From the IMG/VR virus record IMGVR_UViG_2124908004_000021: a stretch of 35,309 bases of DNA. One strand, 5' to 3'. How positions within the stretch are numbered: position 1 is the stretch's first letter; every line of letters starts with the position of its first letter. Source of the DNA: an uncultured virus (IMG/VR IMGVR_UViG_2124908004_000021) (taxonomy: Duplodnaviria > Heunggongvirae > Uroviricota > Caudoviricetes). A model generated the notes under the pieces. That model worked only from the letters and a program-made list of their open reading frames with translations. It was not told the origin of the DNA and made no database searches. This document shows positions 1-9,284 of this stretch, piece after piece. A program made the translations under genes and the position numbers.

Positions 1-1
1 G

Positions 2-586
2 GCAGCTAACCCCAACATCACCCGGCTCTGGTGGGATATCGACCGGGCAGCTATGAAGGCTGTTCGGGAGCAATCCACGGAGCAGACACACGGTATCCAG
101 TTTGAATACCGCAGCGGTTTCCTTTTTATAACGCTCCCCTCCAGCAGGCGGCTGGCATATGTGAAGCCCCGCGTTGGAGAGAACCGCTTCGGCGGTGAAT
201 CGGTCACCTATGAGGGCGTAGGTGCCACGAAGAAGTGGGAGCGTATTGAATCCTATGGCCCGAAATTCGTAGAGAACATTGTGCAGGCAATCAGCCGAGA
301 CATTCTCTGCTACGCCATGCAGACATTCCGGTGCTGTGACATTGTGCTTCATGTACATGACGAGATCGTGATCGAGGCTGATCCGCGCATGTCGCTTCAG
401 GTGATATGCGAGCAGATGAGCCGCACCCCAACCTGGGCAACGGGCCTGCTTCTCCGTGCTGATGGCTTCGAGTGTGAGTTTTATAAAAAGATTGATACAG
501 GGGGTTCGAATTTCACCCATTTTTCGCATATCGGCAGGAGCTGGTTATCTGCTCCAAATCCATCCTTCTTAGGAGGTTCGATATGA
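2..586 (+). CDS. Phage family A DNA polymerase, C-terminal part (5' truncated by window; true stop probably TGA 493-495)
   Basis: Frame open from base 2 (AANPNITRLWWDIDRAAMKA); YGPKFVENIVQAISRD and motif C HVHDEIV; ends ADGFECEFYKK. Confidence 0.9.
   Translation, partial: AANPNITRLWWDIDRAAMKAVREQSTEQTHGIQFEYRSGFLFITLPSSRRLAYVKPRVGENRFGGESVTYEGVGATKKWERIESYGPKFVENIVQAISRDILCYAMQTFRCCDIVLHVHDEIVIEADPRMSLQVICEQMSRTPTWATGLLLRADGFECEFYKKIDTGGSNFTHFSHIGRSWLSAPNPSFLGGSI
519..540 (+). promoter_or_regulatory. Candidate phage-specific promoter or operator motif A, copy 1
   Basis: ATTTTTCGCATATCGGCAGGAG matches 26842-26863 at 16/22 positions; both lie just upstream of a gene start. Confidence 0.35.
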
Positions 587-1389
587 ACGAAATCGCAGTA
601 TTCAACTATGAGGGCAGCAATGTCCGAACCGTCCAGTGGAACGGCGAGCCGTGGTTAGTTCTCAAAGACGTATGCGACGTGCTTGACATCGGCAACAGCC
701 GTGATGTCACCGCTCGTCTTGACGACGATGAGAAAGCTGCCGTCGATATTATCGACACCAGCATAAACGGCACCGTCCAAGGCAGAACGGTAACCATCAT
801 CAGCGAGAGCGGGCTTTACAGTGTTATCCTTCTCTCCCGCAAGCCCGAGGCCAAGAAGTTCAAACGTTGGGTGACCCACGAGGTTCTTCCGTCCATCCGT
901 AAACACGGATTGTACGCCGTGGACGAGGTACTCGCCGATCCCGATCTCCTGATCCAGGCGCTGCAGGAGATCAAGGCGGAGCGGGCCAGGAATATCGCTC
1001 TCACCGAAATGGTCAGCATCCAGAACCAGCAGATCACGGAGATGCGCCCGAAGGCCGGTTACTACGACGTCATCCTCGCCTGCAAAGACGCCGTAGCCAT
1101 CACCACTATCGCCAAGGATTACGGAAAGTCCGGCCAGTGGATGAACGATTACCTGCACACCCTCGGCATCCAGTTCAAGCAGGGCAACATCTGGCTCCTG
1201 TACCAAAAGCACGCGGAAAACGGTTATACCTGCACCCGCACCCATCCGTACATCGGCTCGGACGGCGAGCAGCACAGCAAAGTCCATACGTACTGGACGC
1301 AGAAAGGGCGCCTGTTCATCTACGAGACGCTCAAAACCCACGGATACCTCCCGCTCATCGAGCAGGGACTTGAATTTGAGGAGATATAG
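583..1389 (+). CDS. Phage antirepressor (Bro-N plus ANT/KilA-C domain)
   Basis: GEPWLVLKDVCDVL, IISESGLYSVILLSRKPEAKKFKRWVTHEVLPSIRKHG; C-terminal ITTIAKDYG and TYWTQKGRLFIY; GGAGG RBS. Confidence 0.92.
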   Translation: MNEIAVFNYEGSNVRTVQWNGEPWLVLKDVCDVLDIGNSRDVTARLDDDEKAAVDIIDTSINGTVQGRTVTIISESGLYSVILLSRKPEAKKFKRWVTHEVLPSIRKHGLYAVDEVLADPDLLIQALQEIKAERARNIALTEMVSIQNQQITEMRPKAGYYDVILACKDAVAITTIAKDYGKSGQWMNDYLHTLGIQFKQGNIWLLYQKHAENGYTCTRTHPYIGSDGEQHSKVHTYWTQKGRLFIYETLKTHGYLPLIEQGLEFEEI

Positions 1390-1391
1390 AC

Positions 1392-1667
1392 ATGGAAAAC
1401 GAAAATGTGAAAGTTCACCCGGTGAAGAGGTTCTTCAAAGCAGTTGGCAAGGCGCTCCCCGATATCCTGTTGTATGTAGGGATCAGTTGCCTCGTGTTCT
1501 CGCTGGTGTTCGGCTTAATCACGGCTGTAGAAAATGATGCTAAATTCGAAGCGCTGGTCACCGAAAACGAATATCTCAAGGGCCAAATCGAATGGTATCA
1601 GGCGCAATTGGTCGATGAGCCTTATATACCGACGCCTACCATTACCGAGGGCAATCCTCATGGATAA
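1392..1667 (+). CDS. Small membrane protein (one TM helix plus short coiled coil)
   Basis: Hydrophobic ILLYVGISCLVFSLVFGLITAV followed by heptad-like FEALVTENEYLKGQIEWYQAQL; GAGGAG RBS; tightly packed in operon. Confidence 0.7.
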   Translation: MENENVKVHPVKRFFKAVGKALPDILLYVGISCLVFSLVFGLITAVENDAKFEALVTENEYLKGQIEWYQAQLVDEPYIPTPTITEGNPHG

Positions 1668-2070
1668 ACTCAACGTTGAAGGCTACCCCGATCCCACGGC
1701 GGCGGATGCTCTGGCAAATGTGGCACGGGAAGAGAAGCTAAAAGGCAGGAAGCCCTGCGTGTTCATCTGTTCGCCTTTCGCGGGCGACGTCAGACGCAAT
1801 ACACAAAACGCCAAGAGATACCTGAAATTTGCTGTGGATAAAGGCGCGATACCCTTCGCGCCCCATTTGCTTTATCCATTGGTGTTGAACGAGGCCGATC
1901 CGGCGCAGCGGGAACTCGGTATGTTCTTCGGTTTGGTATGGCTGGGCAAATGCGATGAGCTTTGGGTGTTCGGCAGCTGTATATCGCCGGGGATGACAGT
2001 CGAAATCGACAAAGCCAAGCGGCGTCTCATGCCCATCAGATACTTTACAGAAAACTTGGAGGAGGTGTAA
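1660..2070 (+). CDS. DUF4406-like phage protein (nucleoside deoxyribosyltransferase-like fold)
   Basis: EGYPDPTA, VFICSPFAGD, PFAPHLLYP, CDELWVFG..ISPGM..EI; start moved to ATG 1660 overlapping the upstream stop. Confidence 0.75.
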   Translation: MDKLNVEGYPDPTAADALANVAREEKLKGRKPCVFICSPFAGDVRRNTQNAKRYLKFAVDKGAIPFAPHLLYPLVLNEADPAQRELGMFFGLVWLGKCDELWVFGSCISPGMTVEIDKAKRRLMPIRYFTENLEEV

Positions 2071-2075
2071 CAAAG

Positions 2076-4510
2076 ATGAAAATAGCGGTCGGAAACAGTC
2101 GCATGGATAGAAAGTGGAGAAATAAGGACATTGCCTGGGAGGACTTTAAGAACGCCGTCCGTACGACAAAGCGAACCACAGAGACGGTATCGGAGTTTCG
2201 TAAGATGAGTCGTGCCCGTCAGGATTCCATTAAAGATGTAGGTGGCTTTGTTGGGGGTGCCCTACGTGAAGGCAAGCGCAGGAACGGTTCCGTCCTGTGC
2301 CGCTCTCTGCTAACCCTTGATATGGATTACGCCAAGCCCTATACGTGGGAACAAGTCGAGTCTCTGCATGACTGGCAGTGCTGTGCGTATTCCACCCATA
2401 AACATACACACGAAGCGCCCAGACTTCGGCTTATCATCCCGCTCTCCCGTGAGGTTAGCGAAGACGAATACCCGGCGCTGGGACGAATGGTGGCCAAAGA
2501 GATCGGCATCGATCTGTTTGATGACACAACCTATGAGGCTTCGCGCCTTATGTACTGGCCGTCAACACCTTCTGACGGCGAGTTCGAATTTCGGGAGAAG
2601 GATGGCTATCTGCTCGACCCCGACGTGTATCTTGCCAAATATGCCGACTGGCGCGACACTTCCATGTGGCCGGTCTCCTCACGACAATCGGAAGTCGTGC
2701 GGCGGCAGATCACCCAGCAGGCTGACCCGCTGACCAAGGACGGCGCGGTGGGAGCCTTTTGCCGGTCTTACTCCATCGAGGAAGCCATTGAAACATTCCT
2801 CTCCGACATATATGAGCCAAGCGCTATGAACGGTCGGTATGATTACATCCCCGCTGATTCCTCTGCCGGTCTGGTCATATATGACAGCAAGTTTGCCTAC
2901 AGCCACCATGCCACCGATCCCGNNNNNNNNNNNNNNNNNNNNNNNNNNNNNNNNNNNNNNNNNNNNNNNNNNNNNNNNNNNNNNNNNNNNNNNNNNNNNN
3001 NNNNNNNNNNNNNNNNNNNNNNNNNNNNNNNNNNNNNNNNNNNNNNNNNNNNNNNNNNNNNNNNNNNNNNNNNNNNNNNNNNNNNNNNNACACCCCGCCA
3101 GGCAAACTGCCATCCTTTCGTGCCATGACTGAACTGGCAATCAGGGATGAGCGTGTCAAAGAGCAATTCGCTGAGGAGCGCAGGGCTCAGGCTGAATCGG
3201 AGTTCAGTGATGAGGATTGGCAGAAGCAACTTGACCTGGAGAAAAGCGGTGCGGTAAAGAACACCCTTCGTAACCTTACGCTAATCCTTGAAAATGATCC
3301 TAAGCTCAAAGGCATTGTCTTCAACCAGCTTTCGGACGGAATGGAGATTAAGGGCGACATACCTTGGTCGCATCCTTCAAGGTTCTGGCGGGATGCGGAC
3401 GACGCCCAGCTGATCAGCTATATTGACTCCCATTACGGAGCCTTCTCCGCGCGCAATTATGAGATTGCCGTCATGAAGGTGGCAGACGACCGCTCCTACC
3501 ACCCGATCCGTGAGTTTATCGACGCCCTGCCGGATTGGGACGGCATACCTCGTGTGGATACCCTGCTGATCGATTATCTCGGTGCCGCCGACAACGCCTA
3601 CGTTCGGTCTGTTACAAGGAGAACCCTGTGCGCGGCAATCGCCCGCGTCCTGACGCCCGGCATTAAGTTCGACTCCATGCTTGTGCTCAATGGCCCGCAG
3701 GGCATGGGTAAAAGCACTCTAATTGCGAAACTCGGCGGTGAGTGGTTTTCCGACAGCCTCAATCTTTCGGACACCAAGGATAAGACAGCCGCCGAAAAGC
3801 TGCAGGGGTACTGGATATTGGAGATCGGAGAATTGGCAGGGCTTAAGAAAGCTGAACTGGAGACACTACGCAGCTTCCTCTCCCGGCAAAACGATATATA
3901 CCGCGCCAGTTTCGGGCGGCGGGCTACACCGCATCTGCGGCAATGCGTATTCTTCGGAACCACAAATGCTGAAAAGGGATACCTCCGCGATACCACTGGT
4001 AACCGCCGCTTCTGGCCGGTGAAGACCCCTGGCAATGGAAAACGGCAGTCATGGCAGATTACGAAGGACGAAGTCCTGCAGATATGGGCTGAGACACTTA
4101 CTTACGTAAAAGCAGGCGAAAAGCTGTATCTTGATGTGGGCCTTGAGAGACTGGCCAAAGACGAGCAGCGGGAAGCCATGGAGTCCGATGAACGAGAAGG
4201 GCTGGTGCGTGATTACCTCGATATGCTCCTGCCAGAGGACTGGGAGTCAATGGACTTATATGAGCGCCGAGCCTATATGAGCGGCACTGAATTTGGCGAA
4301 AGCAGGCGCATCGGTACCAGGAGGCGCGAATCCGTGTCAAATATGGAAATCTGGTGCGAGTGCTTCGGTAAAGACCGCGCCAACCTTCGCAGGATGGATG
4401 GTAACGAGATCTCCGCAATTATGGCGGGAATCGGCGGCTGGAGCGGCCTAGTCAAAAAGGAGCGTATTCCGCTTTACGGCCCTCAATGGATTTATGTTCC
4501 TAAAACATGA
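2076..4510 (+). CDS. VapE-family (virulence-associated protein E) primase-helicase, spanning N gap 2923-3089
   Basis: N-terminal KDVGGFVGG, LTLDMD, YSTHKH, RLRLIIPL; C-terminal P-loop GPQGMGKST, WILEIGEL, FFGTTN, TGNRRFWPV; the two ORF-track pieces are continuous parts of one protein; GGAGG RBS before ATG 2076. Confidence 0.9.
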
Positions 4511-4660
4511 AACAGCGGTTTTTTTCGGAACAAATATCAATACGGGAACAAAACCGCCCGTTCCCACACACCAAACTCCTCGGTTCGGTACCCCACATCG
4601 GAACGGGCGGCAGCCCCTTTTGTAAAACGGCACTTATTACCCTGTGTTCCATTGTTCCAA
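4496..4660. repeat. GGAAC/GTTCC repeat cluster with 11-bp perfect inverted repeat; candidate replication origin
   Basis: At least 7 GGAAC/GTTCC copies; CCGCCCGTTCC 4554-4564 pairs with GGAACGGGCGG 4600-4610; AT-rich tract follows; directly downstream of the primase-helicase. Confidence 0.55.
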
Positions 4661-4767
4661 TTACTACTATTAAAAATGATAGTCAAATAAAAGCCATATG
4701 GAGCATACGGACACACATTTTGCGCTCATACGCGTGCGCGAAGGTACTTGAGAACATTGGAGGTTTC

Positions 4768-5049
4768 ATGAGAGAAAAAGATATTGAGCAGAAACTGGTC
4801 AAAGCAGTCAAGGCTGCTGGAGGCCTCGCTCTTAAGTTTATATCGCCCGGTCATGATGGTGTACCTGACAGACTGCTCCTGTTGCCCGGCGGCCGCATGG
4901 CTTTTGCGGAAGTCAAGGCACGTGGAATGAAGCCCCGGCCGTTGCAGATAAGAAGGCATGGAACGCTCCAGCGCCTGGGATTCAAGGTATATGTTATTGA
5001 CGGTGAGGGTCAGATCGGAGGGATGTTGGATGAGATACGAACCACATGA
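4768..5049 (+). CDS. VRR-NUC domain nuclease
   Basis: MREKDIEQKL, KFISPG..GVPDRL, FAEVKA...KPRPLQ; GGAGG RBS before ATG 4768. Confidence 0.9.
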   Translation: MREKDIEQKLVKAVKAAGGLALKFISPGHDGVPDRLLLLPGGRMAFAEVKARGMKPRPLQIRRHGTLQRLGFKVYVIDGEGQIGGMLDEIRTT

Positions 5050-6394
5050 ATATCAGCAGTATGCCACCAACTTCATCCTCGGACGCCCAGTAGCTGCCGT
5101 CCTGCTGGAAATGGGTCTCGGAAAAAGCGTTATCACGCTGACCGCCATCTTCGACCTGACTCTGGACAGCTTCCTGATCCGCAAGGTGTTGGTCATCGCC
5201 CCACTGCGAGTCGCCCGTGATACATGGCCTGCCGAGATCGGCAAGTGGGATCACCTGACAGGATTGACATACACGGTCGCTATCGGGAACGAGACCCAGC
5301 GCAAAGGAGCCCTCCTACAGCGGGCGCAGGTTTACCTCATAAACCGGGAAAATGTCGACTGGCTGATCAACGAAAGCGGCATACCCTTTGACTTCGACAT
5401 GGTGGTCATCGATGAACTGTCGTCTTTCAAGTCCTATTCATCAAAACGGTTCCGGGCGCTTCGGAAAATACGCCCCGGCGTAAAAAGGATAGTAGGATTA
5501 ACTGGAACGCCCACCGGTAACGGGCTTATGGACTTATGGGCTGAAATCGGCATCCTCGATATGGGTAAAAGACTGGGAAGATACATTACCCACTTCCGCA
5601 GCGCCTATTTTGTGCCGGACAAGCGGAACCAGCAGGTCGTCTTCAGCTATAAACCGAAGCCCGGCGCCGAGGATACTATATACCGCCTTATTTCTGACAT
5701 CACTATCAGCATGAAAAATACCGACTATCTGAAGCTACCCGAGATGGTAATGAATGAGATTCCCGTCAAGCTTTCGGAGGATGAACGGCAGCACTACGAA
5801 ACAATGAAGGCGGAAATGGTGCTATCCCTCAAAGGCAAAGAGATAGATGCTGCCAATGCGGCCACCCTGTCCGGTAAACTTCTGCAGATGGCAAACGGAG
5901 CTGTTTATGATGAGAACCACGGAGTCGCTCATCTGCATAACCGCAAACTGGACGCCTTGGAGGACGTTATTGAAGCTGCCAATGGCAAGCCGGTTCTCAT
6001 CGCTTACTGGTTCAAACACGATCTTGAGCGGGTACTTGAACAGTTTCCCGCCGAACGGCTGGACAGCGCGGAGTCCATAAGGCGGTGGAACAATGGTGAA
6101 ATCCCGGTGGCCGTTATCCACCCGGCATCCGCTGGTCACGGGCTGAACCTGCAATCGGGCGGCTCCTGCCTCGTATGGTTCGGACTGACATGGTCGTTGG
6201 AACTATACCAGCAAACCAACGCCCGGCTTTGGCGTCAGGGTCAAAAAGATACGGTGGTCATCCATCACATCATTACCAAGGGCACGATTGACGAACAGGT
6301 CATGAAAGCCCTGAAACACAAGGACAAAACCCAGACGGCGCTGATCGACGCGGTCAAGGCCAATCTACAGGTGAAGGAGGGTACGCTTGAATAA
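5030..6394 (+). CDS. SNF2-family helicase
   Basis: PHEYQ, EMGLGKS, VVIDELS, GLTGTP, SAGHGLNLQ, QTNARLWRQGQ. Confidence 0.92.
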   Translation: MRYEPHEYQQYATNFILGRPVAAVLLEMGLGKSVITLTAIFDLTLDSFLIRKVLVIAPLRVARDTWPAEIGKWDHLTGLTYTVAIGNETQRKGALLQRAQVYLINRENVDWLINESGIPFDFDMVVIDELSSFKSYSSKRFRALRKIRPGVKRIVGLTGTPTGNGLMDLWAEIGILDMGKRLGRYITHFRSAYFVPDKRNQQVVFSYKPKPGAEDTIYRLISDITISMKNTDYLKLPEMVMNEIPVKLSEDERQHYETMKAEMVLSLKGKEIDAANAATLSGKLLQMANGAVYDENHGVAHLHNRKLDALEDVIEAANGKPVLIAYWFKHDLERVLEQFPAERLDSAESIRRWNNGEIPVAVIHPASAGHGLNLQSGGSCLVWFGLTWSLELYQQTNARLWRQGQKDTVVIHHIITKGTIDEQVMKALKHKDKTQTALIDAVKANLQVKEGTLE

Positions 6395-6782
6395 GAAAGA
6401 ATTATCCCAGCTTTATTGGCTGAACCGGGAGATAGAAGAACAGCAGCGCAGACTGGCTGAACTTGAAACGCTGGCGACCTCCTGCACCAGCCGTATCACG
6501 GGGATGCCCCGTGCGCAGGGCGTTATTGACAAACTGTCGAAATATGCCGCCGAGATAGCTGACCTGCGGGAACTCATCGACCTGAATATACGGAAATGCT
6601 TCTTTGAACTCAACCGGCTAAACCGCTTCATCAGTACAGTAGACGACAGCCTCATCCGGCAGATATTATCCCTGCGGTACGTCAACGGACTAACCTGGCG
6701 GCAGATTGCGTTCTCTGTCGGCGGTGGCAACACAGAGGACAGCGTACGCAAGGCGCACGACCGGTTTTTATCCAGGCAGTAA
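6387..6782 (+). CDS. RinA/ArpU-like late transcriptional activator
   Basis: Coiled-coil N-terminus and sigma-4-like HTH RQILSLRYVNGLTWRQIA; last gene before the packaging module; TTG start with GGAGG. Confidence 0.75.
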   Translation: MNKKELSQLYWLNREIEEQQRRLAELETLATSCTSRITGMPRAQGVIDKLSKYAAEIADLRELIDLNIRKCFFELNRLNRFISTVDDSLIRQILSLRYVNGLTWRQIAFSVGGGNTEDSVRKAHDRFLSRQ

Positions 6783-6784
6783 GG

Positions 6785-6818
6785 TTGTCCGTTTTGTCCG
6801 CCGTGGGTACGTTATAAT
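6785..6818 (+). promoter_or_regulatory. Candidate late promoter with activator-binding direct repeats
   Basis: TTGTCCG at 6785-6791 and 6794-6800, then TATAAT at 6813-6818. Confidence 0.6.
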
Positions 6819-6841
6819 GGCAGCATGAGAAAATTGACTTG

Positions 6842-6877
6842 AGCCTTCACGGGAAAAACCGTGAGGGCTTTTGTTTT
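6842..6877 (+). terminator. Terminator-like hairpin in the late leader
   Basis: AGCCTTCACGG-gaaaaa-CCGTGAGGGCT followed by TTTGTTTT. Confidence 0.6.
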
Positions 6878-6891
6878 ACCCGGAGGAGCCA

Positions 6892-7251
6892 ATGCCAAGG
6901 AAACCGAAACGACCGTGCTCTTACCCCGGCTGTCCTAAACTGACAGACGGCATGTTCTGCAATGAGCACGCCAAACAGGAAGCCCGGCGTTACGAACGAT
7001 ACGACCGTGATCCTGCTGTGAAAAAACGTTATGGCAGGACGTGGAAACGCATGCGCGACCGTTACATCAAAGCTCACCCGCTGTGCGAGCGCTGCGCGAA
7101 GGACAAAAAGGTAACGGCTGCGGAAGAGGTTCACCACATCAAACCGCTGTCACACGGTGGCACGAACGATGAAGACAACCTCATGAGTCTATGCAAGAGA
7201 TGCCACTCGCTTATCACAGCTGAGATGGGAGATCGCTGGCACAACAGATAA
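6892..7251 (+). CDS. Terminase-associated HNH endonuclease
   Basis: HPLCERC, EEVHHIKPLSHGGTN..NLMSLCKRCH; GGAGG RBS before ATG 6892. Confidence 0.92.
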   Translation: MPRKPKRPCSYPGCPKLTDGMFCNEHAKQEARRYERYDRDPAVKKRYGRTWKRMRDRYIKAHPLCERCAKDKKVTAAEEVHHIKPLSHGGTNDEDNLMSLCKRCHSLITAEMGDRWHNR

Positions 7252-7279
7252 AAGAGGTCAGGTTAAAAATGTTAACCTA

Positions 7280-7360
7280 GCCTCCCGGAGGGGCGGTCAA
7301 AATCTCTGTGACATATCATCAGGGGAACGGTGCGTGGGTTACGCGCGCAAAAATCAGGAA
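7280..7360. other. Probable cos packaging-site region
   Basis: Non-coding GC-rich stretch (GGGGCGGTCAAAATCTCT...GGAACGGTGCGTGGGTTACGCGCGCAAAAA) between HNH and small terminase, the usual cos position in HNH-assisted cos phages; cut site not determinable. Confidence 0.45.
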
Positions 7361-7405
7361 TTAAACGGGGTATTAACCCCGCGCCGAGGATGAGGAGGGA
7401 TTGCC

Positions 7406-7960
7406 GTGGCGAAAGACGGAACAAGCCGCGGTAACAAGCCCGGCAACTATACCCGCGCCGGGCGCAAACCGAAGCCTCTCGCGGAGCAGATCGCTGAAGG
7501 AAAGAAAGGTATGACGCTCATCGCCCTGCCTGAGCCTGAGAAACTTGTCGGCTTCGAAATGCCGCCGCCCAAAGAATACATGCTGGCAAAACAGAAAGGT
7601 GGCAAAGACCTGTGCGCCGAGGAGGTATACCGGGAAACATGGGGTTGGCTGAAGGAACGCGCATGTGAGCGGCTGGTCAGTTCTCAATTAGTGGAACAGT
7701 ACGCAATGAGCGTTTCCCGATGGATTCAGTGTGAGGAAGCCATATCCGAATACGGCTTTCTATCAAAACACCCGACCACGGGCAACCCGATAGCCAGTCC
7801 TTTCGTGGCTATGAGCCAGCAATATATGAAACAGACGAACCAGCTATGGTTCTCGATTTTTGCCGTGGTTAAGGAAAACTGCTCCACGGCTTTCACCGGG
7901 GCAAACCCGCAAGACGACGTGATGGAGCGGCTGCTCACAGCAAGGAGAGGTAAAAAATGA
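7406..7960 (+). CDS. terS: Terminase small subunit (P27 family)
   Basis: AGRKPKP, EQYAMSVSRWIQCEEAISEYGFLSKHPTTGNPIASPFV, DDVMERLL. Confidence 0.88.
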   Translation: MAKDGTSRGNKPGNYTRAGRKPKPLAEQIAEGKKGMTLIALPEPEKLVGFEMPPPKEYMLAKQKGGKDLCAEEVYRETWGWLKERACERLVSSQLVEQYAMSVSRWIQCEEAISEYGFLSKHPTTGNPIASPFVAMSQQYMKQTNQLWFSIFAVVKENCSTAFTGANPQDDVMERLLTARRGKK

Positions 7961-9219
7961 TTTCAACGGATCGCTTTGAAAAAGTAAACATAAACATGCT
8001 GGTGCCATACGCCCGTAACGCCCGCACCCACAGCAAGGAGCAGATTCTCCAGCTTCGGGCATCCATACGCGAGTTTGGGTTCGTCAACCCGGTCATCGTG
8101 GACAAGGATTTGAATGTCATCGCCGGGCATGGGCGCATCCTTGCTGCTAAAGAGGAAGGTTTCACGGAAGTTCCATGCGTGTTCGCCGAACACCTTACCG
8201 AAGCCCAGAAACGAGCATACATCATTGCTGACAACCGTCTCGCATTGAACGCCGGTTGGGATGCCGAAATGCTGTCTGTGGAGATCGCCGACCTCCAGGG
8301 TTCGGACTTTGATATCTCACTTCTCGGCTTTGACGACGCGGAACTCAACAGACTGCTGGGTGGTATGGAGAATGTCAAAGACGATGATTTTGACGTGGAC
8401 GCAGAGCTGCGGAAACCCGCTGTTACCAAGCCGGGCGACCTATGGCTTCTCGGTAACCACCGGCTGGTCTGCGGCGACAGCACCAAAGCAGAAACCTTCG
8501 AACTGCTCATGGATGGCAAGACCGCAAACCTTGTGGTGACCGACCCACCGTATAACGTGAACTACGAAGGTACGGCGGGAAAAATCAGGAACGACAACAT
8601 GGCGGACGCCAAGTTCTATCAGTTCTTGCTGGATGCGTTTACATTGACGGAAAAGGCGATGGCGCGGGATGCCAGTATCTATGTGTTCCATGCGGATACC
8701 GAAGGGCTGAATTTCCGCAGGGCCTTCTCCGACGCCGGGTTCTATCTGTCCGGGACGTGCATCTGGAAGAAGCAGTCGCTGGTTCTGGGACGCTCCCCGT
8801 ACCAATGGCAGCATGAACCGATTTTATTCGGCTGGAAGAAAACTGGCAAGCATGCCTGGTACTCCGACCGCAAGCAGTCCACAATATGGGAGTTCGACAA
8901 ACCCAAAAAGAATGCCGAGCATCCGACGATGAAGCCGGTGCCGCTGATTGCCTATCCCATTGTGAACAGTTCTATGACTGGGTGCATCGTCCTTGACCCC
9001 TTCGGGGGTAGCGGTTCAACCCTTATCGCCAGTGAACAAACTGAACGGATATGTTACACGGTTGAACTGGACGAAAAATATTGTGATGTTATTGTAAAAA
9101 GGTACATTGGGCAAATTGGTACGGATAAAGATGTATATCTCATTAGGGATGGTCAAAAAACACACGTTGACATGCCTGACCAAACTACTGATAATCCTGC
9201 AGCTTCCGTACAAAATTGA
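7957..9219 (+). CDS. ParB-N plus N6/N4 DNA methyltransferase (orphan)
   Basis: PYARNARTH, IAGHGR, ADNRL; catalytic TDPPY; HPTMKP; SAM-binding LDPFGGSGST. Confidence 0.92.
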   Translation: MISTDRFEKVNINMLVPYARNARTHSKEQILQLRASIREFGFVNPVIVDKDLNVIAGHGRILAAKEEGFTEVPCVFAEHLTEAQKRAYIIADNRLALNAGWDAEMLSVEIADLQGSDFDISLLGFDDAELNRLLGGMENVKDDDFDVDAELRKPAVTKPGDLWLLGNHRLVCGDSTKAETFELLMDGKTANLVVTDPPYNVNYEGTAGKIRNDNMADAKFYQFLLDAFTLTEKAMARDASIYVFHADTEGLNFRRAFSDAGFYLSGTCIWKKQSLVLGRSPYQWQHEPILFGWKKTGKHAWYSDRKQSTIWEFDKPKKNAEHPTMKPVPLIAYPIVNSSMTGCIVLDPFGGSGSTLIASEQTERICYTVELDEKYCDVIVKRYIGQIGTDKDVYLIRDGQKTHVDMPDQTTDNPAASVQN

Positions 9220-9220
9220 G

Positions 9221-9252
9221 TTGCTATTCCACAGCTTCAGAGTGATATATGT
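9221..9252 (+). promoter_or_regulatory. Candidate promoter motif B, copy 1 (start of accessory island)
   Basis: TTGCTA-N12-AGAGTGATATA; same layout as 27422-27450. Confidence 0.45.
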
Positions 9253-9284
9253 ACTCACAAAAGAAGCAAAGGAGGCTAATCATA

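Noticed and set aside
2923..3089. VapE split into two genes or frameshifted
   Set aside because: The frame change falls in an N gap of estimated length; both sides belong to one protein
4507..4767. N-terminal extension of VRR-NUC (180-aa ORF)
   Set aside because: A strong RBS and the family N-terminus sit at 4768; the upstream part is repeat-rich non-coding DNA
7957..9219. Restriction-modification system
   Set aside because: No cognate endonuclease; the nearby HNH is the terminase-associated type
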